From positions 1-64,000 of IMG/VR virus record IMGVR_UViG_3300028422_001962: 64,000 nucleotides of DNA; one strand, 5' to 3'. Below the pieces are notes generated by a model. It did no database searches and was not told the DNA's origin. It saw nothing but the letters and a program-made list of their open reading frames with translations. The position numbers were made by a program, and so were the translations under genes. Below are positions 1 through 8,995 of this stretch, in pieces (positions within the stretch are counted from its first letter, which is position 1; every line of letters starts with the position of its first letter). The DNA is from a virus.

Positions 1-405
1 CTCCTGAAAATCAAGCCCTCCGTTTGAAGAGTACATACCCGGCACATTCTCCAGCACCGCGAACTTGGGGTATTCGTTATCTGTGGCGGCGAGCATCTCT
101 TTAATGATTCTGATTACTTGAAAGAACAGCCCTGACCGCTCGCCGTGCAGCCCAGCACGCTTGCCCGCCACCGAGAGGTCTTGGCAGCAAAAACCGCCCG
201 TGATGATGTCCACGGGTGGCACTTTAGAGCCGTCTATTATATTGATGTCGCCATAGTGTTGTACACTCGGCAACCGTTTGGTCGTGACCCTTATCGGGAA
301 CGGCTCAACTTCCGATGCCCAGAGCGGTTCGATGCCGGTTAAAATAGCTCCGAGCGGAAAACCGCCAGAGCCGTCGAATAGGGAGCCGAGAGTCAGTTTG
401 GTCAT
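1..405 (-). CDS. DNA (cytosine-5) methyltransferase, phage-encoded (partial, runs off window)
   Basis: Hand translation MTKLTLGSLFDGSGGF...ASEVE...GDI...ITGGFCCQDLSVAG...LENV gives motifs I, IV and VI; absent from ORF track. Confidence 0.9.
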   Translation of the reverse strand, partial: MTKLTLGSLFDGSGGFPLGAILTGIEPLWASEVEPFPIRVTTKRLPSVQHYGDINIIDGSKVPPVDIITGGFCCQDLSVAGKRAGLHGERSGLFFQVIRIIKEMLAATDNEYPKFAVLENVPGMYSSNGGLDFQE

Positions 406-1655
406 ATCAACGCCACCTCCTTCACGAGGTCGGCGTAGGCTATGGTCTTGCCGTCACGTTCGCAGGTGATATCCTCACCACCGTTCTGTTTGAACTCAGC
501 ATAGCGACGGAGTATAACACTCGCATATTTCTCGTCAAGTTCAAGCATGAAGCAGGTTCGGTCAATCTGCTCGCAGGCAATGAGCGTAGAACCGCTCCCG
601 CCGAAAGTGTCCAGTACGATTGCGTTCGCCTGACTGCTATTGGAAATCGGGTAAGCAAGCAAATCAAGCGGCTTGCTCGTGGGGTGGTCGGCGTTTTTTT
701 TCGGTTTGTCGAAGTTCCAGATGGTTGTTTGCTTACGGTCTGAGTACCATTTGTGCTTGGCGGTGTCCTTAAAGGCATACAGCACCGGCTCGTGCATTTG
801 CTGGTAATCGCCGCGCCCAAGCACGAGAGCGTTCTTCACCCAAATGCAAGTGGTGGAATAATGAAACCCCGCATCCACGCAGGCGCGGAAGAAGTTTACC
901 TTTTCCGAATCTGAGTGGAAGCAGTAAAAAGCCCCGCCGTCAGCGAGGTTCTCATAAAAGCATTTGAACGCTGAGAGCAGGAATGTGTAAAACTGCTCGG
1001 CTTTCATGCTGTCGTTCTTAATTTTCAGCCCACTCGCTGACTCGAAGCTGACATTGTAGGGCGGGTCGGTCAGAACGAGGTTTGCCTTGCGTCCGTCCAT
1101 TAACTTCTTGACGGTATCCGCATCGGTCGCATCGCCGCAGATGAGCTTGTGCCGCCCAAGCGTCCACACGTCGCCGGGCAAAACAAAAGCCGCCTGTTCA
1201 AGGGCGGCCGTGAGGTCAAAATCGTCGTCTTGCACATCCCCGCCGGAATCGGCAAACAGCTTCTCAATTTCAGCGATGTCAAAACCCGTAATTTCGAGGT
1301 CGAAGCCGAGTTCCTTCAAATCCGCAAATTCCAGCGCTAAGAGTTCTTCATCCCATCCTGCGTTAAGCGCCAGACGGTTGTCGGCGAGGATGTAGGCTTT
1401 CTTCTGCGCTTCGGTCAAATGTTCCACGAACACGCAGGGAACTTCGCTCAGCCCTTCGGCTTTGGCGGCAAGCACCCGCCCGTGACCCGCGATGATGTTG
1501 TAGTCCTTATCGCAGATAATCGGATTGACAAATCCGAACTCACGAAGAGAAGAGCGAAGCTGTAAAATCTGCTCCTTGCTGTGGGTGCGGGCATTCCTCG
1601 CGTATGGAATCAGGCGGTCGATGTCCACCTTTTCAAATCTTTCTGTGGTCTGCAT
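402..1655 (-). CDS. ParB/Srx-N domain plus N6A/N4C DNA methyltransferase
   Basis: PYARNARTH...IIAGHGR...DNRL ParB-like N-terminus; TDPPY, HPTSKP, DTFGGSGS motifs. Confidence 0.9.
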   Translation of the reverse strand: MQTTERFEKVDIDRLIPYARNARTHSKEQILQLRSSLREFGFVNPIICDKDYNIIAGHGRVLAAKAEGLSEVPCVFVEHLTEAQKKAYILADNRLALNAGWDEELLALEFADLKELGFDLEITGFDIAEIEKLFADSGGDVQDDDFDLTAALEQAAFVLPGDVWTLGRHKLICGDATDADTVKKLMDGRKANLVLTDPPYNVSFESASGLKIKNDSMKAEQFYTFLLSAFKCFYENLADGGAFYCFHSDSEKVNFFRACVDAGFHYSTTCIWVKNALVLGRGDYQQMHEPVLYAFKDTAKHKWYSDRKQTTIWNFDKPKKNADHPTSKPLDLLAYPISNSSQANAIVLDTFGGSGSTLIACEQIDRTCFMLELDEKYASVILRRYAEFKQNGGEDITCERDGKTIAYADLVKEVALI

Positions 1656-1658
1656 TGG

Positions 1659-2156
1659 TTAAAACCCCCTGTTCGTGAGCAGTTCGAGGAAGGCGTTTTT
1701 CTCCTCGCCCTGTGTATTGCTGTGTCGGTTGATAATCTGCATGATGAGATTGAAATCGCCCTGCATCGCCTTGTAGTAACCCGCGCCCGCCGTCACGTAG
1801 GGCGAGAGCTTCAGGTCTTTGGTCATGCGTCCGATTTTGCGGTTCATGCACTCGCAGGCAAGGAAGCCCTGCCGGTTCAGCACGTAGTCCGTAATTGTCT
1901 GCGGAGCGACGAAGCCCTCACAGCCGCGAGCGGCGATATATTCTTCAATTTCGGCTCGCAGCACATCCGCAGACGGCACTTCTTTTTCACATTCCTTCAT
2001 CGCCATGGAGAAGTAGTCCGCCATGACGTTTTTGGAATAAACCTTTTTAGGTGCCGGGATAGGAGTCGCATTCGACTTCGCTTTGCCTTCCAGTTTCTTG
2101 TCGTTTATATTTTTCCGAGGGCGTCCTGCCCCCGGACGATAGCCGCCGCTGGGCAT
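1659..2156 (-). CDS. Probable terminase small subunit
   Basis: MPSGGYRPGAGRPRK N-terminus; directly after HNH and cos-like region; RBS GAGGTG favours start at 2156. Confidence 0.65.
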   Translation of the reverse strand: MPSGGYRPGAGRPRKNINDKKLEGKAKSNATPIPAPKKVYSKNVMADYFSMAMKECEKEVPSADVLRAEIEEYIAARGCEGFVAPQTITDYVLNRQGFLACECMNRKIGRMTKDLKLSPYVTAGAGYYKAMQGDFNLIMQIINRHSNTQGEEKNAFLELLTNRGF

Positions 2157-2169
2157 TGTCATCACCTCG

Positions 2170-2275
2170 TTTTGATATTTGATTTTTTGATTTTTGATTT
2201 TTGAAAAATTCACACGGCAGGCCGAGCGCGCTGCCCTGCCTGAAAGTGGCAGAGATTCATACCGCCCCTCGGTTT
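2170..2275 (-). other. Putative cos/packaging region with TTTGA tandem A-tracts
   Basis: Between HNH and TerS; GC-rich stretch (GGGGCGG...GCGCGCTCGGCCTGCCGTGTG on minus) followed by 5-6 TTTGA repeats. Confidence 0.4.
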
Positions 2276-2284
2276 TTCAAAATA

Positions 2285-2635
2285 TCAAAAGTAGTCGCCT
2301 TGCTGACCGTGCAGTCTGCTGTGGCACTCGGAGCAGAGAGCTTGCAGGTTCGACCAGTCGTTCGTGCCGCCGTCCGTCAGCTTGCGCTTGTGGTGGACGA
2401 GTTCGGCGGGCGTCAGCTTCCCGTCGGCTTTGCATATCTCGCAGAGAGGGTTCGCCGACAGGAACGCCGCGCGTATCCTGTTCCACGACCGACCGTAGCG
2501 CTTGTTGGCTTCGGGGTCGCGGTCGAAATGGTTGTAGCGTTTGGCTTCCACCTTTTGGTGTTCCTCACAGTACCTACCCGTTGTCAGCTTGGCGCAGCCG
2601 GGGTAGGCGCAGGGCTTCTTTGCTTTGTATGGCAT
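2285..2635 (-). CDS. Phage HNH endonuclease (terminase-associated)
   Basis: MPYKAKKPCAYPGC..YCEEH; CEIC..VHH..GGTNDWSNLQALCSECHSRLH. Confidence 0.9.
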   Translation of the reverse strand: MPYKAKKPCAYPGCAKLTTGRYCEEHQKVEAKRYNHFDRDPEANKRYGRSWNRIRAAFLSANPLCEICKADGKLTPAELVHHKRKLTDGGTNDWSNLQALCSECHSRLHGQQGDYF

Positions 2636-2709
2636 GTTGCACCTCCTGTTCTGCGCATAAGAAAAGCCCCGTGGGATTTCTCCCGCGAGGCTCGCGTGTG
2701 CATTCAATT

Positions 2710-2768
2710 CTGCCATTATAGTTATAACACAGAAGCCTCGTGGCTTTCTATGACATTTAGTGACATCC
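2710..2768 (-). promoter_or_regulatory. Late promoter with activator repeats
   Basis: Minus strand ATGTCAC/ATGTCAT/AAGCCAC repeats ~10 bp apart, then TATAAT, directly downstream of the ArpU-like gene. Confidence 0.55.
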
Positions 2769-3200
2769 TCATTGGTGGCGCCGGATTAAATCCACTTCCT
2801 CTAAAGCCCTGCCGTGCAGGCGGTGGATATGGCGTAAGTCATAATGGAGAGCCACGGCGATTTCTTCCCACGTCTCAAAGCAGAGGTAGCGCATCTCCAG
2901 AATGGTTTGGAGTTCGGTGCGCTCCACGCACTTGATAATGGTGACCACTTCACGTTTCAGGTCAATGAGTGTTTTAAGATCGGCGTTAATTTCCGATTCC
3001 AAGTCCAAAGCCTTAGCGATGAAGTCCTCCATGCGGTGGAAGTTAGGGCTTTGGCTTCTCGGCATATCAGACAGCGTGGCGGATGCTTTCGTCGCCAGTT
3101 CACGCAAAGATTTCACCTGCTCCAGTTTAGAATTTATTCGTTGGTCTATTCGGTAAGCTTGGGAGAGATACTCCTTCGCCGTCAGTTTTTCTGTATCCAT
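2769..3200 (-). CDS. DUF1492/ArpU-RinA-like late transcriptional activator
   Basis: TAKEYLSQAY..D..I; ILEMRYL..TWEEIAVAL.Y..RHIHRLHGRAL sigma-r4-like HTH. Confidence 0.8.
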   Translation of the reverse strand: MDTEKLTAKEYLSQAYRIDQRINSKLEQVKSLRELATKASATLSDMPRSQSPNFHRMEDFIAKALDLESEINADLKTLIDLKREVVTIIKCVERTELQTILEMRYLCFETWEEIAVALHYDLRHIHRLHGRALEEVDLIRRHQ

Positions 3201-3263
3201 TGGCTACCTCCGATTTTGGTGAAGAATTTCCCTCGGATTGGCAGCTTTTGACTCCGTTGATTG

Positions 3264-4622
3264 TCACAGATTTGCTTTTACCGCGTCGATTAAGGCGGTC
3301 TGCGTCCTGTCCTTTTCGGATAGGGCTTTTATAACACGCTCGTCGATGGTATCTTTGGCGGTGATATGATGGATGACTACCGTTTCGGACTGCTGACCCT
3401 GCCGCCATAAGCGGGCATTGGTCTGTTGGTAGAGTTCTAAACTCCACGTCAACCCGAACCATATAATTGTATTGCCTCCACTTTGAAGGTTTAGCCCGTG
3501 ACCAGCAGAAGCAGGGTGGATGAGGGCGACTGCCAACTCGCCACGATTCCATCGGGCAATTGATTCCGATGTATCCATCTTGGAAAATGGGATGTGGCGG
3601 GATTTCAGCCTTAAAGAAATCCGCTCTAAATCGTGCTTAAACCAGTAGGCTACCATGACAGGTTTGCCGTTGGCGGCTTCGATTAAGTCCTCCAAAGCAT
3701 CCAGCTTGCGGTCATGGATGTGGTGGACATCACCGCCGTCGCCATAGACCGCACCGTTCGCCATTTGGCACAGCTTGTTGGAGAGAGCGGCAGCGTTAGC
3801 TGCAGTAATTTCGCCATCTGCAAGCTGAAGCACCAATTCCCGCTTCATCTCGTCATACCGTTCCCGCTCATCGTCCGACATCCGTACGGGGTACTCGGCG
3901 GTGACCAATTCCGGCATTTTCAAGTGATCGGTTGATTTCATACTGATGGTGATGTCGGCAATTTTGTCGTATATTCGCTTCTCGGCGGAAGGCTGTGGCT
4001 TATAGCTGAAAATGACCTGACCGTTACGCTTATCGGGTACAAAGTAGTCCGTGCGGTACTGTCCAATAAACTTTCCGAGCCGCTGACCCATATCAAGAAG
4101 CCGAAACTCAGCCCATAAATCCATCAAGCCGTTGCTGCTGGGCGTTCCCGTCAGCCCAATGATGCGTTTTACCTTGGGGCGGGCTTTCATCAGCGACCGG
4201 AATCGCTTTGACTGGTGGGACTTGAAACTGGACAACTCATCGACCACCACGGTGTCGAATTCGAAGGGCATATCGCTTTCCTCAATCAGCCATTGCACAT
4301 TCTCGCGGTTTATAATGTAAATATCGGCTTGTTTCCAAAGCGCCGCTTTGCGCTCCGCTTCCGTACCGACCGCAACGGAGAATTGCAGGTTGGAGAGGTG
4401 TTCCCATTTCCGCAGTTCCTCCGGCCAAGTATCTCGGGCGACGCGGAGCGGTGCGATGACAAGAATGCGGTGTGCTTCAAAGCTGTCAAACAATAAGTTA
4501 AATAAAGCAGTCAAAGTAATCGCCGTCTTGCCAAGTCCCATGTCGAGTAGGAGGCAGGAGATGGGGTTCGATTCAATAAAATCCGTGGCATATTCCTGAT
4601 AATTATGTGGCTGATATTTCAC
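3264..4622 (-). CDS. Phage SNF2-family helicase
   Basis: DMGLGKT, VVVDELS, LTGTP, SAGHGLNLQ, QTNARLWRQGQ. Confidence 0.92.
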   Translation of the reverse strand: MKYQPHNYQEYATDFIESNPISCLLLDMGLGKTAITLTALFNLLFDSFEAHRILVIAPLRVARDTWPEELRKWEHLSNLQFSVAVGTEAERKAALWKQADIYIINRENVQWLIEESDMPFEFDTVVVDELSSFKSHQSKRFRSLMKARPKVKRIIGLTGTPSSNGLMDLWAEFRLLDMGQRLGKFIGQYRTDYFVPDKRNGQVIFSYKPQPSAEKRIYDKIADITISMKSTDHLKMPELVTAEYPVRMSDDERERYDEMKRELVLQLADGEITAANAAALSNKLCQMANGAVYGDGGDVHHIHDRKLDALEDLIEAANGKPVMVAYWFKHDLERISLRLKSRHIPFSKMDTSESIARWNRGELAVALIHPASAGHGLNLQSGGNTIIWFGLTWSLELYQQTNARLWRQGQQSETVVIHHITAKDTIDERVIKALSEKDRTQTALIDAVKANL

Positions 4623-4884
4623 GAATCACACCTCCAATCTGCTCTGCATCGTCCAGTACAAAAACCTTGTAGCCCATCTGCCGTAACATCCCGTGTCTTG
4701 CTTCCTGTAATGGGCGGGGCTTTTCGCCTTGCCGCTTCACTTCCACAAAACCGCACTTCCCATCGGGGAGGAGCACAAGGCGGTCGGGCATTCCATCGAA
4801 GCCGGGGCTTATAAACTTGGGTGAGATACCCCCCATTGCCTTGACTGCCTCCGTGAGTTTGCGTTCCAATGTTTTCTCTCGCAT
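4603..4884 (-). CDS. VRR-NUC domain nuclease
   Basis: GMPDRLVLLPDG..FVEVK..RPLQ. Confidence 0.9.
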   Translation of the reverse strand: MREKTLERKLTEAVKAMGGISPKFISPGFDGMPDRLVLLPDGKCGFVEVKRQGEKPRPLQEARHGMLRQMGYKVFVLDDAEQIGGVIREISAT

Positions 4885-4903
4885 ATAGACCTCCGTTTTT
4901 CTT

Positions 4904-5020
4904 ATTGCCCATCTTGCCGATTCTGCCTATAATTCCTACGCGGGCATATTGCGTATGCTCATTGCTCTTATTACTTATAAAATAAGATTTAATAGGGATA
5001 ACATCGGCAATATGGGCAAT
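4904..5020. repeat. 18-bp inverted repeat around AT-rich core; candidate phage replication origin
   Basis: ATTGCCCATCTTGCCGAT (4904-4921) and ATCGGCAATATGGGCAAT (5003-5020), 1 mismatch; further TTGCC/GGCAA units to ~5105. Confidence 0.55.
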
Positions 5021-5115
5021 GGCTGTGGTGAAACCGTTGTATATTCGGCGCTTGCGACATTGCCGATTAAGGTTGCCCAAGCCCCGACAAGCAATCATGG
5101 GCAAAGATTCTGTCT

Positions 5116-7443
5116 TCATTTATCCCTCACAAACACACGCTGGACGCCGTACATTGGGACAGCTTTTTTGCCTGTCTTGTTGCCTTCGTACTTCGCCCAA
5201 CCGCCTATTTGGCCCAAGATGCCCTCGATCTCGTAGGAGTCTGCTTTCTTTATGGATTCACGGGACTTCCCGAAGCACTCGCACCAAATCTCCATCACGC
5301 AGACTTGACTCCGGCGCACAGCGCCTTTTGCCCTCGTGGGGTCGTCGGGCGAGCGGAGGTATTCGAGCCTGCGGTAAATGTCCATTGTGTCCCAGTTGTC
5401 CGGGAGCAAGGCTTCAAGGTATTCCGATACCAAGCCCTCGCGGTCGTCGTTCTCCATAGCGTCACGCTGCTCGGCGAATGCCGCTAACGCGATGTCGCCT
5501 TTTAGGAACAATTCCTCGCCCTCGGAGTACCTGACAAGGGCTTCCGCCCAAATCTGGCCAGTATCCGTAAGTTCCCAAGCATGGTACTTGCCGCCGCCCG
5601 AAACCCGTACAGGCCAGAAGCGGCGATTGCCCGTGATGTCTCTTAAGAAACCGCCGTCCGAGTTGGTTGTTCCCACGATGATGCATTGACGAGGGTGGCT
5701 TTCCACGGCTCTGCCGTATGAAGGGCGGTATTTGTCGTCGGTGCGGGTGATGAACGACTTCACCGTTTCCACGTCCATTTTCTTAATGCCCGCAAGTTCT
5801 CCCAGTTCGAGTAGCCAGTAACCTTGCAGCTTCTCAGGTGCGGTCTTGTCTTTCATATCCGAAATGGAGAGACTGTCGGAGTACCATTTGCCACCGAGTC
5901 GTGAGAAGAGCGTTGACTTTCCGATACCCTGTTTGCCGTTCAGAACGAGAATGGAGTCATGTTTCGCGCCGGGGTTTAAGATTCGGGCTACCGCCGCCAC
6001 AAGCGTTTTGCGAGTGACGGCTCTGGTGTAAGGCGTGTCCTCCGCGCCGAGATAGTCGATGAGCAGCGTATCCAATCGGGGAATCCTGTCCCATGGCGGC
6101 AGGCTGTTCAGGTACTCCCGAATCGGGTGGTAAGCCCTGTCGTCGGCAACCTTGGTAAGAGCCAGTTCGTAATTGCGAGCCGAGAAAGTGCCGTAGCGTT
6201 TATCCACATACGCCACAAGCTGGGCGGTGTCGGCGTCGCGCCAAGGCGGATGCGGCCGCTCCCACGGGAGGTTCTCGCCGTATATCTGGTTCGCCAGTTT
6301 ATTGTGGCGGATGCCGCTGATGGCATCGTCGTTATTGAGGATAAGGAGCAGATTGCCCAGCGTGTTGCAGAGGACGCCGCTTTTTTCCCTCTGGAGCCGT
6401 GACATCCAGTCTTTACCCTCGGCAAACTCCGTCTCGGCGGCGGCGATGCGCTCCTCGGCAATCAGGGTGTTGACCTTTTCATCTTTTAGAGCAAATTCGC
6501 TCATTGCCTTGAAGCTCGCCTTATCGTCAAGGTCGGTGAACTTGTGGATTCGGACAAGATCAAAGGCGTTTAACAGCTTGCCGCAGGCGGGGTCGGTCGC
6601 GTGGTGCGAGTAAGCCCATTTGCCTTCATACAGCACGACGCCCGCGCTTGAGTCGGCGAGGATATAATCGTAACGCCCCGTCATCGCAGAAGGCTCGTAA
6701 ATGTCGGGCAGGAATGCCGCGATCGCATCCTCTATCGAGTAGGAGCGGCAGAACGCACCGACCACGCCTTCTTTTCCGAGCGGGTCTTGCTGCTGGCGGA
6801 TGCTGCGCTGTATCACCTCGGACTGGCGGCTCGATGTCGGCCAGAGCGAGCAGTCCCGCCAATCGGATAGCTTGACGAGGTATTCATTGGGATCGAGTTC
6901 ATCGCCGTCGATTACTTTAAACACATATTCCCCGTCAGACGGCGTGGACGGCCAGTACATCAGGCGCTCCGGTTCATAGGTGGAGTCGTCGAAGAAGTCC
7001 ATGCCGATTTCATCCGCAACAAGCCTTGATAGCGCGGCGTACTCATCCGGCGTAACATCGCGGGAGAGTGGGATAACCACTCGAAGCCTCGGATTTTCCG
7101 GCGTGTGGCTGTGGGTGGAGTAGATGGCGCATTTGTGTGAGAAGAGCATCTCCACGCTGTCGATAAATCCGCTGTCGGCGTGATCGGCGTCAAGGGTAAT
7201 CCCTGAACGGCTCTCGACCGTGTCCTTTTTACGCCGCCCTGACTTCAGATGACCGAGGACATATCCGCCCACATCCTTTGCGGCGTCGCGGCGGTCTTTT
7301 GTGAACTTTTGATATTCGGCGACCGTTTCCGTTGTGCGACGGGTGAGCTTGAACCGGTCGCACAACTCCTCAAAGGTGGTTCTCTTATTAACCCACCTTT
7401 TTGACAGGCGGCTGTCGCCGTAAGATATTTTTAGGTCTCGCAT
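5116..7443 (-). CDS. VirE/VapE-family primase-helicase
   Basis: TLDAD, STHSH..PRLRVVIP primase-like motifs; GKQGIGKST, ELGEL, GNRRFWP. Confidence 0.9.
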   Translation of the reverse strand: MRDLKISYGDSRLSKRWVNKRTTFEELCDRFKLTRRTTETVAEYQKFTKDRRDAAKDVGGYVLGHLKSGRRKKDTVESRSGITLDADHADSGFIDSVEMLFSHKCAIYSTHSHTPENPRLRVVIPLSRDVTPDEYAALSRLVADEIGMDFFDDSTYEPERLMYWPSTPSDGEYVFKVIDGDELDPNEYLVKLSDWRDCSLWPTSSRQSEVIQRSIRQQQDPLGKEGVVGAFCRSYSIEDAIAAFLPDIYEPSAMTGRYDYILADSSAGVVLYEGKWAYSHHATDPACGKLLNAFDLVRIHKFTDLDDKASFKAMSEFALKDEKVNTLIAEERIAAAETEFAEGKDWMSRLQREKSGVLCNTLGNLLLILNNDDAISGIRHNKLANQIYGENLPWERPHPPWRDADTAQLVAYVDKRYGTFSARNYELALTKVADDRAYHPIREYLNSLPPWDRIPRLDTLLIDYLGAEDTPYTRAVTRKTLVAAVARILNPGAKHDSILVLNGKQGIGKSTLFSRLGGKWYSDSLSISDMKDKTAPEKLQGYWLLELGELAGIKKMDVETVKSFITRTDDKYRPSYGRAVESHPRQCIIVGTTNSDGGFLRDITGNRRFWPVRVSGGGKYHAWELTDTGQIWAEALVRYSEGEELFLKGDIALAAFAEQRDAMENDDREGLVSEYLEALLPDNWDTMDIYRRLEYLRSPDDPTRAKGAVRRSQVCVMEIWCECFGKSRESIKKADSYEIEGILGQIGGWAKYEGNKTGKKAVPMYGVQRVFVRDK

Positions 7444-7859
7444 TCTTCCGTGACCTCCTCGCATTTACCGTTGAAAAAACGGATAGGAATATTGCGTTTG
7501 CGAGCCTTGGCTATTTCCCGGCTCATCCCCTCTGTGGGAGGGCCGAAAGCCCATAACTCGTCGCATTTGCCGAGCAGGACGAGGGCAAACTTAAGCCCCA
7601 GTTCCCTTTGGATATTGTCGTCATCATCCATAAACTGCGGATAATGCAGGTGCGGAGCAAGAGGAATATACCCCTTGCTGACCGCTAACTTGCAATAGCC
7701 CCGTGCCCGGTTGATATTTCGTTCCGTATCGCCTGCGAACGGCGACGCGATATAGACAAGCGGGAGATACGGTTTTCTTTCCTTTTCGTCCCGTTCCACA
7801 ATTGAAAGTGCTTCATACGCGGTGGGGTCGGGATAGCCCTCATGGTTGTATCTGTCCAT
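7431..7859 (-). CDS. DUF4406/nucleoside 2-deoxyribosyltransferase-like protein
   Basis: MDRYNHEGYPDPT; VYIASPF..APHL..CDELW..GM..EI. Confidence 0.7.
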   Translation of the reverse strand: MDRYNHEGYPDPTAYEALSIVERDEKERKPYLPLVYIASPFAGDTERNINRARGYCKLAVSKGYIPLAPHLHYPQFMDDDDNIQRELGLKFALVLLGKCDELWAFGPPTEGMSREIAKARKRNIPIRFFNGKCEEVTEECET

Positions 7860-8133
7860 CGCCGTCCTCCTCCAAAAGCCCTTGTTCGACGAGCATGCGA
7901 AGCCATTCGATCTCTTCGCCCAGACGTATGTTTTCTGATTCATACCGCACATTTTCGGCTTCGAGAGCCGCAAGCTGTTTAGATCGCTCTGAGCTTTCAT
8001 CCACGCTAATAAACAGAAGCGCGAACCAGCAAGTTAGCCCAATCCACATGCATACCCACGGAAGCGCCGACCATACCGCCTTGCCAACCTTCTTCAGAGC
8101 CGCTTTTATGGCTTGCTTCTTTTCATTCGTCAT
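7840..8133 (-). CDS. Small membrane protein with coiled coil
   Basis: Hydrophobic segment WVCMWIGLTCWFALLFI followed by heptad region; overlaps both neighbours. Confidence 0.6.
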   Translation of the reverse strand: MTNEKKQAIKAALKKVGKAVWSALPWVCMWIGLTCWFALLFISVDESSERSKQLAALEAENVRYESENIRLGEEIEWLRMLVEQGLLEEDGDGQIQP

Positions 8134-8905
8134 TGTCGTTTACCCCTTTCCCAAGAAACAGATTGATAAAATACTGCTGTCCTTTGCCTGTGACCTTTGT
8201 GGTTTTGCTGATGGTGACGTGACCGTCCGAGTGCGTGATGGCGGTCTCTTTGACGCGAAACAGCCCCAGCTCCATGGCGCGCTGCGTCGGGGCGTTGTAG
8301 TCCGTGCCCTGACGTTTGATGAGGTAGCCGTCCTGCCGCAGTTTCTCAAACAGGCGGTTCTGTCCGATTTCGATGCCGTTGCCCTTGAGGATTTTCGCCA
8401 GTTCGCCGATGAGGATTGTACCGTCAGAAACCGATACCGCGTCAGCAAAAATGACCTTCGGCTCATTCTTGGCGGCTTCCAGTTGGAGGTGTTCCTTGGC
8501 GGCTCGCTCTTCTTTAAGGGCTGTCAGCACCTTAATCCAAGCGTCGGGATCGTTCATCATCTCTTCCAGCTTGCTGGGAGTGACATACGCACCATGCCTG
8601 CGGATGGTTGGCAGCACCTCGTGAGTTACCCAGCGTTTGAACTTTTTGGCATCAGGTTTGTCGGAGCGGAGGATGACGCTGTAGAGACCGCTCTCGGTCA
8701 CGGCGTACATTTCACGGGTCTGACCACCTGACACGAATTTGATTCGTGTCAGCTCATCACCGTCCAAACGATCCGCCACCTTGTTCGTGTCTGACAGCCC
8801 AAGCACATCACACACATCCTTGAGCACCCAGAGCGTTTCATCGCCGTGGCGTACTGTCCTTACTTCGTTCCCCTCGTAGGAGAACACGCGCAATTGATTG
8901 TCCAT
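8123..8905 (-). CDS. BRO-N/ANT(KilAC) phage antirepressor
   Basis: MDNQLRVFSYEG..WVLKDVC..TESGLY..FKRWVTHEVLPTIR; IGQNRLF..KVTGKGQ; RBS AGGAGG before 8905. Confidence 0.92.
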   Translation of the reverse strand: MDNQLRVFSYEGNEVRTVRHGDETLWVLKDVCDVLGLSDTNKVADRLDGDELTRIKFVSGGQTREMYAVTESGLYSVILRSDKPDAKKFKRWVTHEVLPTIRRHGAYVTPSKLEEMMNDPDAWIKVLTALKEERAAKEHLQLEAAKNEPKVIFADAVSVSDGTILIGELAKILKGNGIEIGQNRLFEKLRQDGYLIKRQGTDYNAPTQRAMELGLFRVKETAITHSDGHVTISKTTKVTGKGQQYFINLFLGKGVNDNDE

Positions 8906-8950
8906 AGATTTGCCTCCTGAAAAATGATTTTTTCGAGAGGCTGTAAACCT

Positions 8951-8989
8951 CTCACCATCCACAGGACAGCGAGAGGTTACTTGGCAACC
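8951..8989 (-). promoter_or_regulatory. Phage-sigma-type promoter, copy 1
   Basis: CTCACCATCCACAGGACAGC-N10-TTGGCAACC, repeated at 13332-13370. Confidence 0.6.
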
Positions 8990-8995
8990 GAGCGT

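Noticed and set aside
2194-2935. Long plus-strand ORFs (175 and 244 aa) and other antisense ORFs in the phage region
   Set aside because: Shadow frames opposite well-supported minus-strand genes; no motifs or RBS
4619-5119. 166-aa minus-strand ORF
   Set aside because: Overlaps VRR-NUC in another frame and spans the repeat-rich putative origin
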